Assembly (NCBI GenBank): GCA_031367385.1
Contig: JANLPS010000403.1
Location: 1-18,538 of the forward strand
Length of the DNA: 18,538 bases
Direction of reading: 5' to 3'
Origin: Archangium sp.
GTDB lineage: Bacteria; Myxococcota; Myxococcia; Myxococcales; Myxococcaceae
Below, piece by piece: positions 1-7,500 of this stretch (its first letter is position 1; each line of letters opens with the position of its first letter). The notes below the pieces were generated by a model. The model ran no database searches. It saw only the letters and a list, made by a program, of their open reading frames with translations, and was not told the DNA's origin. Made by a program: the position numbers and the translations under genes.

Positions 1-56
1 TCGAAGTCGCCCGGCAACCCCAGAGGAACTACCGCGAACGAATCCTCGAGCCGCAT
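1..56 (-). CDS. IS4-family transposase, N-terminal fragment (MRLEDSFAVVPLGLPGDF...)
   Basis: ATG at 56-54 with a GGGGAG RBS upstream; open to the window edge. Clearly homologous to MRLADALVTVPLALPENYG at 18482 (MRL.D....VPL.LP). Transposase identity is inferred from its position inside the IS end. Confidence 0.7.
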   Translation of the reverse strand, partial: MRLEDSFAVVPLGLPGDF

Positions 57-126
57 ATGAAAGCTCCCCGCAAACCAGAGCTCCCTCTATGATCCTCCCG
101 CGACGCCCGCACAAGCGCCGTCCTAA

Positions 127-139
127 CTGATCGGCATTG
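127..139 (-). repeat. Terminal inverted repeat core CAATGCCGATCAG (inverted copy at 18399-18411)
   Basis: Exact 13-bp match in opposite orientation at the two window ends. Confidence 0.9.
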
Positions 140-142
140 CCC

Positions 143-1183
143 TTAGTCGTCGCCTCGCACTACGCGGCTGAGCACCTGCGCGGTGAAGTTCACCAGCGGT
201 ATCACCCGCTGATAATTCATGCGGGTCGGGCCAATCACGCCGACCGTGCCGAGCACTTGATCACCCGAACCATAGGGGCTGGCGATCACCGCCACTTCGC
301 CCTGAGCGCTGAACTCGCTCTCGGCCCCGATGAAGATCTGCATCTCGCGGCCGCGCTGCACCCGGTCGAGCAGCTGCAGCAGCTTGTGCTTCTCATCGAG
401 CGCCTTGAACAACAACCGCATGCGCTTCACGTCTTCGGCGAACTCACGGGTGTCGAGAAAGCTGCCAGTGCCCTCGATGACCACCCGCTCCATCGACGGC
501 ACATCGGTGGCAGCCGCCCCGAGCTTGAGCGCCTTGGTCGCGAGCACGTCGTACTGCACCCGTTCGTTCTCGAGCTCTTGCAAGATTCGGCCGCGCACCT
601 CTTCGACCGCGATGCCTTGCTGCAGCAGCTCGTTCAAATAATTGGCGGCTTGCACCAGCTCGTCACGGGTCACGTCGAAGTCGATCGCCAGCAGCTTGTT
701 CTGCACCTGGCCATTTGCACCGACCAGAATCGCCAGCACTTTTTCATCGCGCAACCGCACGAACTCGATGCGCTGAATCATCGCCGACGAGGGCCGCGGT
801 ATCAGCACCACCCCTGCGTGATGCGAGAGCGAATGCAACACCTTGCCCGCTTCTTGGAGGCGTTCTTCAACCGAGCCGCTCGACGCCAGGCCTTGCTCGA
901 TCAGCTCGCGGTCTTTCGCCGCCGGCTCTCGCAGCTGCAGCAGCGAGTCGACGAAGAAGCGAAACCCCGCATCGGTCGGTATGCGCCCTGCTGAGGTGTG
1001 CGGTTTCTCGAGGTAGCCAAGCTCTTCGAGCTCGGCGAGCACGTTGCGCATCGTTGCCGGTGACACCTCGAACTCGCCCCGCCGCGTCAGCTGCGAGCTG
1101 CCGACCGGGTTGCCATCGGCGATGAAATCTTGAACGACGGCGCGCAGCACTTCTTTGGCGCGGTCATCAAACGTGTCTGCCAT
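143..1183 (-). CDS. hrcA: Heat-inducible transcription repressor HrcA
   Basis: N-terminal wHTH: VLRAVVQDFIADGNPVGS, VSPATMRNVLAELEELGYLEKPHTSAGRIPTDAGFRFFVD. C-terminal GTVGVIGPTRMNY. Start placed at ATG 1183 (MADTFDDR, 346 aa), not at 1714. Confidence 0.96.
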   Translation of the reverse strand: MADTFDDRAKEVLRAVVQDFIADGNPVGSSQLTRRGEFEVSPATMRNVLAELEELGYLEKPHTSAGRIPTDAGFRFFVDSLLQLREPAAKDRELIEQGLASSGSVEERLQEAGKVLHSLSHHAGVVLIPRPSSAMIQRIEFVRLRDEKVLAILVGANGQVQNKLLAIDFDVTRDELVQAANYLNELLQQGIAVEEVRGRILQELENERVQYDVLATKALKLGAAATDVPSMERVVIEGTGSFLDTREFAEDVKRMRLLFKALDEKHKLLQLLDRVQRGREMQIFIGAESEFSAQGEVAVIASPYGSGDQVLGTVGVIGPTRMNYQRVIPLVNFTAQVLSRVVRGDD

Positions 1184-1191
1184 GTCGGCCG

Positions 1192-1220
1192 ATTGTGAAG
1201 ACAGCAGAGACGCCAAGCAA
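1192..1220 (-). promoter_or_regulatory. Putative sigma70-type promoter of hrcA (TTGCTT-N17-CACAAT)
   Basis: Minus strand -35 TTGCTT (1220-1215), 17-bp spacer, -10 CACAAT (1197-1192), 8 nt before the ATG; no SD sequence. Confidence 0.55.
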
Positions 1221-1227
1221 GTGCCGG
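1201..1227. promoter_or_regulatory. Possible degenerate CIRCE operator
   Basis: ACAGCAGAG-N9-AAGTGCCGG versus consensus TTAGCACTC-N9-GAGTGCTAA. Only 9/18 match, but the AGCA/AGTGC cores have the correct spacing and overlap the hrcA -35. Confidence 0.3.
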
Positions 1228-1246
1228 TGTGAGAGAGTTTGCTCAA

Positions 1247-1525
1247 ATGGCCTGGTGGTACGTCTACATGGTCCGCTGCAAAGACGGCTCGCTCTACACC
1301 GGCGCCACCAATGACCTTCAAAAGCGGGTCACCACCCACAACGCCGGCCGCGGCGCCCGGTACACGCGCTCGCGGCTGCCGGTCGCGCTGGTCTACAGCC
1401 GCCGGGTTCGAGATCGTTCGCGGGCCCTTTCGGTCGAGGCGCGGCTCAAACAACTCACCCGGGCCGAGAAGCAGGGCCTGATTCGCGCGAAGAAGGCCAA
1501 AATCACCCGCGTTCGAGAATTGTGA
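1247..1525 (+). CDS. GIY-YIG nuclease family protein (UPF0213, YazA/YhbQ-like)
   Basis: WYVYMVRCKDGSLYTGATNDLQKRVTTHNAGRGARYTRSRLPV...ALSVEARLKQLTRAEK is the typical small GIY-YIG signature. Confidence 0.92.
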   Translation: MAWWYVYMVRCKDGSLYTGATNDLQKRVTTHNAGRGARYTRSRLPVALVYSRRVRDRSRALSVEARLKQLTRAEKQGLIRAKKAKITRVREL

Positions 1526-1555
1526 ACGCCGGGCGCCTGTTCTACAGCCCACTTC

Positions 1556-1807
1556 ATGGTCCTGGTCGTGGTGAGCCTGCTGCTCCAACTGCTCTGTGTC
1601 GGCTGTTTCGTGTTGGTGCTGGTGCACGCGTTTCAACGCAGCCTGGGCACCGGGTTCATGGTGCTGTGCCTGCCGATTTACCAATTCGTCTATGGTTTCA
1701 AGCAGTTCGACCACCGGTACAAGGGCCTGGTGCTCGCTGGGTGGCTCGGCGGAGGCTTGCTCGTGGTCACCCTGCGCGCTCTCGGGGTACGGCTGGCCGC
1801 CGGCTGA
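1556..1807 (+). CDS. Small integral membrane protein, unknown function
   Basis: 83 aa with 2-3 hydrophobic segments (LLLQLLCVGCFVLVLVHAF; GLVLAGWLGGGLLVV). Fills the gap between neighbouring genes and has GC-ending codons. Confidence 0.75.
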   Translation: MVLVVVSLLLQLLCVGCFVLVLVHAFQRSLGTGFMVLCLPIYQFVYGFKQFDHRYKGLVLAGWLGGGLLVVTLRALGVRLAAG

Positions 1808-1817
1808 AACCCCCTCG

Positions 1818-2810
1818 TTACAGCGAGGTCGCGTGGCGTCGCAAGAAGTCGGCGATGCGCGGCACGATCTCCTCGGGTGCGTTGCGACCGAGCGCCAGGT
1901 CTCCGTGCCCGTAGTCAGCCGAGAAGCCGGTGCTCACCCCGGCCGTCACGCGCTCGACCGGCCCAGACACGAAGCGGGTCGCGGCGTGCACCCCCGCCGG
2001 CGTTGCCAGGTAGTCAGCCGCTCCGGCCAGCGCCAGCACGGGCACCTGCACTTCTTTGAGCGCGGCGCGGTAGTCGAAGCCGTCATTGCCATCGAAGACG
2101 TCGTTCATCACCCAGCGAGCGAACTGCCGGGCCACCCCGCCTGGCACGTCAGCGGTGACATGGGCGATGGCCTGGTGAATCACCTGGGGCTCCATGTTCT
2201 CGGCCCGGGCCAGGTACTTGCCGACCGGGTTCGGCGGCAGCCCACCGGCGGCCATCGACTTGCCGAAGAGCGCCATGGGTATCATCGCCATGCTTAAGAA
2301 CGGCAGCACCAGCCCGACGAAGGCCTTGAGGCCGGTTGAGGCCTCCCAGGTCACCGGCGCGCCGAGCGCGACCATCGCCAGAATCGGCGCCGCGGGGTCT
2401 CGGGCCAGATGCGCGTACGCCAACATGCCGCCGCGCGAGTGGCCCACCCAGAGCACCTTCGCCGCCCCGGTCGCTGAGCGTACCGCCCGAATCGCCGCGC
2501 CGACGTCATGGGTCGCCTCGAGGTCGAAGGTGCTGCCCTCGGCTGAACCGCCCAGGCCATGCCCTCGCAGCTCGAGCACCCAGGCCTCGAAGCCGCGTCG
2601 CGCCAGGCCCCGGGCGACCGAGTACCGCTCATCGAAGTCGAGGCCGAAGCGGTTGGTGCCCAGACCATGGGCCAGAATCACCGGCTCGACGAAGCGGCGT
2701 TGCCCCCTCGGCAGGTAGCGGCCCAGCGCGATCGCGCTCCCGTCATCGGTCGGCACCCGGTACAGCTGGTCGGGCCGAAACCGCAGGGCCTTGGGCCGAA
2801 ACCGACTCAT
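1818..2810 (-). CDS. Alpha/beta fold hydrolase (esterase/lipase, PHA-synthase-like subgroup)
   Basis: HGLG oxyanion motif, ELRGHG, nucleophile elbow GHSRGG, Asp in GAADYLA and His in YGHGDL. Confidence 0.88.
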   Translation of the reverse strand: MSRFRPKALRFRPDQLYRVPTDDGSAIALGRYLPRGQRRFVEPVILAHGLGTNRFGLDFDERYSVARGLARRGFEAWVLELRGHGLGGSAEGSTFDLEATHDVGAAIRAVRSATGAAKVLWVGHSRGGMLAYAHLARDPAAPILAMVALGAPVTWEASTGLKAFVGLVLPFLSMAMIPMALFGKSMAAGGLPPNPVGKYLARAENMEPQVIHQAIAHVTADVPGGVARQFARWVMNDVFDGNDGFDYRAALKEVQVPVLALAGAADYLATPAGVHAATRFVSGPVERVTAGVSTGFSADYGHGDLALGRNAPEEIVPRIADFLRRHATSL

Positions 2811-2838
2811 GCCGATTCAAGAGCCATGCATATCATAG

Positions 2839-2856
2839 TCATGATTATAATCATGA
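2839..2856. promoter_or_regulatory. Perfect 18-bp palindrome TCATGATTATAATCATGA; probable operator containing TATAAT on both strands
   Basis: The sequence equals its own reverse complement. It is an AT-rich island ending 29 bp upstream of the hydrolase ATG. Confidence 0.6.
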
Positions 2857-2861
2857 TTACG

Positions 2862-2897
2862 AAAAGATCGGGCCGACACCGCGAAGGCCGGCCCGAC
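2862..2897 (-). terminator. Rho-independent terminator after the glutamine synthetase gene
   Basis: Minus strand GTCGGGCCGGC-loop-GTCGGCCCGAT (11-bp stem, 2 G-U pairs) followed by CTTTT, about 20 nt after the stop. Confidence 0.6.
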
Positions 2898-2917
2898 CGA
2901 GCTCACGGCGAACCGCT

Positions 2918-4369
2918 TTAGAATTGGTTCCACAAGAACTGGTTCGTCACTTCGTGGTGAAACTGAATCTCGGGCACCTTGATCTGCGTGCCGAGCGCCT
3001 TGGCGCAGCGGTCAGCCTGCTGCTGCTTGAGCTCGGCGAACTTGCCCTGCACGCCCTCGCCCAGCATTTCGCCCATCAGCTTGCTGCCCTTGAACAGGCG
3101 AATCGCGTCGTAGATGTTGTCTGGCAAGAACCGGGTGCGGCTGCGCTTCGACTCGTCAGGGGTGGCGTCTCCACCAGTGCCTTCGAGGGCGGTGCGCATC
3201 AAGGTGTAGAAGACCATGTAGGGGTTCGCATCGGGCGCCACCGAGCGCACCTCGATGCGAGCCGAGCGCTCATTGCCGGTGGGTATGCGAACCATCGCGC
3301 CGCGGTTGTTGGCGCTGGCCTTGATCTGGTTGGGCGCCTCGAAGTGGGGGTCGAGCCGGCGGTACGCGTTGACCGAGGGGTTCAAGATCAAGCACACGTC
3401 GTCGGCGGCGGTGAGAATGCGGTCGATGGCCTCCCAGCCGGCCTTGGCCAAACCGTCGGGGCCTTTGGGGTCCCAGAACAGGTTCTTGCCGCCTTTGCTG
3501 AATGACATGTTGGTGTGCATGCCGTTGCCGTTGATGCCGGTGACGGGCTTGGGCAAGAACGAGGCGGTCATGCCCAGGTTCGCCGCGACCTGGCGGCACA
3601 GCAGCTTGTACAGCTGCACCTGATCAGCGGTGATCAGCACCTCTGAATACGTGAAGTTCATCTCGAACTGGCTGGGCGCCACCTCGGGGTGGTCTTTCTC
3701 GTTGCCGAACCCCATCGCGCGCTGCACTTCGGCCGCGGTGTCGATGAATGTGCGCAGCTTGTCGCCCGGCAGCGAGTGGTAGTACCCGCCGGTCGAGACG
3801 TACTCGAACTTGCCGAGCTCAGGGTAGCGGCGCTCGGCGTCGCGGCCGCTGAACAAGAAGCCTTCGATCTCCGGAGCGACGTGGCACACCATGTTGTCTT
3901 TGGTGAAGATCGCGTCGGCGTACTGCTTGAGCTTGCTGCGCAGGTCGCTCGAATACGCCGTGCCGTCGCGGTTGAGCACCTCTGAAAAGACCAGCACCTT
4001 GCCCGGCCCGAACACGTCGGCCGGCAGCCAGTAGAACGAGCCCCAATCGATGCCCAGCCGCAGATCTGACTCATGCTGCGCCGAGAAGCCGCGAACCGAG
4101 CTGCCGTCGAAGGTCAGGTTGTCTTGGCTCTTGAGCAAGAACTTCTTGTCGTAGTCGAGCATGTGCAAGCGACCCTCGAGGTCGGTGAAGCACACGGTGA
4201 CCGCTTTGATGCCGCGCTCGTCGGTGAGGTACTTCATGCGCTCTTCGCGAAGCTTGTCGGGCGAGACGCGGGTGAGCCGGGCTTGCTTCACGCCCAGGTT
4301 CAGCTCTTCGAGTTTTTCGTACGGAATTTCGAGAAAGTCGCGCAGACCAGCGGCGGGGGGGGTCGTCAT
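2918..4369 (-). CDS. glnA: Glutamine synthetase family protein (type I-like)
   Basis: FDGSSVRGF, EIEGFLF, HPEVAPSQFE, FLPKPVTGINGNGMHTN, NAYRRL, NRGAMVRIP, RIEVRSVAPDANPY. Start ATG 4369 is preceded by an AGGAG SD. Confidence 0.9.
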   Translation of the reverse strand: MTTPPAAGLRDFLEIPYEKLEELNLGVKQARLTRVSPDKLREERMKYLTDERGIKAVTVCFTDLEGRLHMLDYDKKFLLKSQDNLTFDGSSVRGFSAQHESDLRLGIDWGSFYWLPADVFGPGKVLVFSEVLNRDGTAYSSDLRSKLKQYADAIFTKDNMVCHVAPEIEGFLFSGRDAERRYPELGKFEYVSTGGYYHSLPGDKLRTFIDTAAEVQRAMGFGNEKDHPEVAPSQFEMNFTYSEVLITADQVQLYKLLCRQVAANLGMTASFLPKPVTGINGNGMHTNMSFSKGGKNLFWDPKGPDGLAKAGWEAIDRILTAADDVCLILNPSVNAYRRLDPHFEAPNQIKASANNRGAMVRIPTGNERSARIEVRSVAPDANPYMVFYTLMRTALEGTGGDATPDESKRSRTRFLPDNIYDAIRLFKGSKLMGEMLGEGVQGKFAELKQQQADRCAKALGTQIKVPEIQFHHEVTNQFLWNQF

Positions 4370-4406
4370 GTCGAGCTCCTGAAGGAGAAAGTAGCGAGAC
4401 GCATTT

Positions 4407-4422
4407 GGCACAAAAACAACCA
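4407..4422 (-). promoter_or_regulatory. Possible sigma54 (-24/-12) promoter of glnA
   Basis: Minus strand TGGTTGTTTTTGTGCC has GG-N10-GC spacing but otherwise matches TGGCACG-N4-TTGC poorly. Confidence 0.3.
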
Positions 4423-4501
4423 TTCGTCGACGCACACTTAGTGCTCGGGCTGACCGAATTAGTTCAGTTGCTCGAATACCTGAGGAAATTCGCGGCCCGG
4501 G

Positions 4502-7500
4502 TTACAGGCGCACACCGACCGAGAGCGCTCCGAAGACCCAGAACCGCGTCGCAGCCTCGGGGGCCACGATGAAGTACTGCACCGGCACCTCGAGGGCGAT
4601 CGACAGCCAATCCAACGGCACCCACTCCGCGCCGACGGAGGTACCGATGCCGAGGGCGAGTGAGCTTGCGAAGAGCACGGGCACCTCGAGCGCCACCAGC
4701 GGGTGAATGCGCGACTCGACGAAGAACGGTACGGCGCTGGCCCGCACGGTCACTCCCAGCGGCTGGGCGGCGACGAACCCGGCCGACACGGCCCACCGTT
4801 CATCGAAGCGAAAGCCGACGAAGGGCATCACCGCCCCGTGCAACGCGCCTGCAGCACCGAGCGGCGAGAGCTGCCCTCGCACCCAGGCGGCGAAGTGGCG
4901 AACCCGCTGCTGCGGCTCGATCGGCACCGTCGTGATCAACGGCGGCGGGGCGCTGGGCTCGATCTGCGCGGCCACCGGCGGCGGCAACGGCACCGGCGCT
5001 GCTTCAACGCCCTTCTCGACCCGCTTCGACTCGGGGAACAACTGACTCACGATCGTGGGCAGCAAATCGAGCACCGCCTCTTCAGTCGCTGGCTTGATGC
5101 GGGTCGCGTAATGCTTGGTGGCCGAGCTCTTGCGCGTATTGACCGCGTTGATGCTCAGCGCCAGCGAGTTGCCCACCTTCGAAATAGACCCGGTGATGAT
5201 GAACGCGACGTCGAGCGCGGCACCGACCTCGGCGAGACACGAGGTGTCGCTGCTGCACCCCATCAACTGCCGCTCGCGCTCGTGACCCAGCTGCGCCGAG
5301 ATGTCTTTGCTCGAGGTGACCTCGAAGCCTCGTTGCTGCAGCTCGACGATCAGCTGATCAGCCACCACGTCAGGCAGCTCCTTCGAGACGCCGGCGCCCC
5401 CGCGCAGCTCACCCACCGCGACCTTCGCCGGGGCTTCGGCTCGGGCCGCCAGTGGCAACGCGAGCAACACCAGCACCAGCGGCCCCGCCGAGCCCCGTCG
5501 ACGAAACAGCAGCACACCAGCCAAGGCCCAGATGATCAGCGAACCGGGCGCCCCACCCTCTGAGCAGCCGCACGAATACAGGTCTGCACCCCGCGCGGGC
5601 ACGCCGCCGTCGGCAGCAACGTCCCCCGCGTCACCCGGCATACTTCCCCCACCGTCACGGGCGTTCACGCCCCCATCACCCGCGGTGCTCACGCCCCCAT
5701 CAACCGCGCTGCTCCCAGCATCAAGGCCCGCATCGAGCCCGGTGCCGGAGTCGGTGCCGGCATCGCCGCTGGGGCCACACAGTGGTGGCGAGCAGCACGC
5801 ATGTGCGACGCAATACCCGCTGAGGCATTCGGTGGGCTCGTTGCAAGCAGTGCTGTCGCCACCTCCGACGCGCAGCACCACGGGTTCGCTGATTGCGCCA
5901 CCAACCGAGACCCGAAGCCAGTACACGCCACCAAGCAAGTCGACCGGCACCGTGACCAACGCATACGTGCCCGACCAATCAGACGCCGACAAGAACCGTC
6001 TGCCCTCACCATCGAAGCGCGTGACGAAGAAGATGGGCTGATTGGTTGAGACGCTCCGTCGGCTCCCGCCACCGTTCTCGCCGTAGCCCTCGAGCCCCAC
6101 GCCAGTCACCTGAAAGCTCTCTGCGGGCGCGACAGCTGGGGGCACCGCTGAGAGAACGGGCTGCAGCGAAGGCAGCACCACGATGCCGTCACTGATCGCA
6201 TTGACAGCGTTGGCACCTCCTTCGCCTCCGAAGAGCAATGCCCCGCCGGTCGTACGAGCGCTCGCGTGGCGACCAGCAGGTGTCTTGAGCACCTGCCCGC
6301 CGGTGAATTGACCGGTCTGCACATCGTAGATCTCGGTGGTATCGAGCAGCGCGGGGCCATAGCCGCCCGCAACCACCACCTGACCCGTCGTGAGCACAGT
6401 CGCCGTGTGGTTGAACCGCGGGGCGGCGAGCGGCGGACCAGGCACCCAGCTCGAGGCCGGGCCATCGAGCAACTCGGTGACGGCGAGTGGCACCCCACCG
6501 GTGCCCCGCCCGCCGATCGCGATCAGCTTGTCTCCGACCTCGGTGAGTGTGAAATCAGTGCGAGGGCCGTTCAGATTCTTGGCCGCGCTCCACGGCGACC
6601 CGTTGGTGAAGACCTCGGCGCTGTTCAAAATCGAGCTGCCCACCTGGCCTCCGGCGACCACCACCGAGCCATTGCCCAGCATCGCGGCGGCGTGATGTGA
6701 ACGAGGCACGGCCAGCTCGGCCGCCGAGGCAGTGCGAAGCGTGGTGGGGCTGAACAGCTCGCTGCTGCTGGCGACGCCGCCGTCGGTCACGCCGCCGGTC
6801 AATAGAACCCGGCCGTCGGGCAGCAGGGTCGCGGTGTGAAACGCGCGTGCATGTTGCAACGCAATCAGCACTCCGGGCTGCCCCGACGACAAGTCGAGCA
6901 GCTCGGCGTTGGCCAACGGGGCGCCGCTCACATCGAGCCCTCCGGCCAGCAGCACCCGACCATCGATCAGCACCGTCGAGGTGTGATGGGCACGCCCGGT
7001 AGTGAGGGCGAAGCTCTTGCTGCTGCGACCGTTGGAGTAAAATTCTGCGCTCGAGAGCGCGCCGACCCCTCCGTCGGTACCGCCCGAGACCAGCACCGCG
7101 CCCGACCCCAGTGTCGAGGCGGCAGCGTCGAAGCGACCACTGGCCCCGAGGCCGCCACCAGCGCTGGTGATGGGGCCGTCTTTACGCACCACTGACATCG
7201 TCTTTTGAATCGCCCAATTGCAGGCGTCGCTCAAGTTGAGCCCGCCGGCGATCAAGACCGAGCCATTGGGCAGCACGGCGCCGGTACCCTCGCGTCGAAC
7301 GACTTCTGTCGAGACCGGGGGCAAGGGCGTGCAGATGGCGCTCGACGAGCCAGCCTTGGTCTCGAGCCGCACCAAGTTCGGAGTGGGAATGAGGCCGTAA
7401 CAACCGCTCCCGCCAGTGGGCTCGAGGCTCCCGAACGCGTAGGGCTGACCATCAGGGAGCACCAGGGTCTGCAAGCCGGTCGAAATGTTCAAACACCCGC

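Larger units (their letters stand above)
1..139 (-). mobile_element. IS4-family insertion sequence, left end (truncated by window start)
   Basis: The minus strand from 139 reads CAATGCCGATCAGTTAGG, close to the E. coli IS4 terminal IR as I recall it (TAATGCCGATCAGTTAAG). It shares three exact blocks (CAATGCCGATCAG, TTGTGCGGGC, GGGAGGATCATAG) with 18399-18538. In both elements the ATG begins at nt 84. Confidence 0.85.

Noticed and set aside
1184..1714. N-terminal extension of the 523-aa ORF (143..1714)
   Set aside because: HrcA similarity begins at MADTFDDR (1183). The extension is antisense to the GIY-YIG and membrane-protein genes and spans the predicted promoter.
2841..2921. Possible relic Phd/YefM antitoxin start (MIIIMITKR.. 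and, after a frameshift, DTAKAGPTEL) behind the palindrome
   Set aside because: It needs a frameshift, the similarity is very short, and the same bases are explained more simply as the glnA terminator.
4370..4435. Longer glnA start at 4435
   Set aside because: ATG 4369 has a well-spaced AGGAG SD, and the extension covers the likely promoter region.
4432..4444. GCAC-N5-GTGC as an NtrC site upstream of glnA
   Set aside because: NtrC boxes have GCAC-N7-GTGC spacing, and this site is too close to the putative -24 element.
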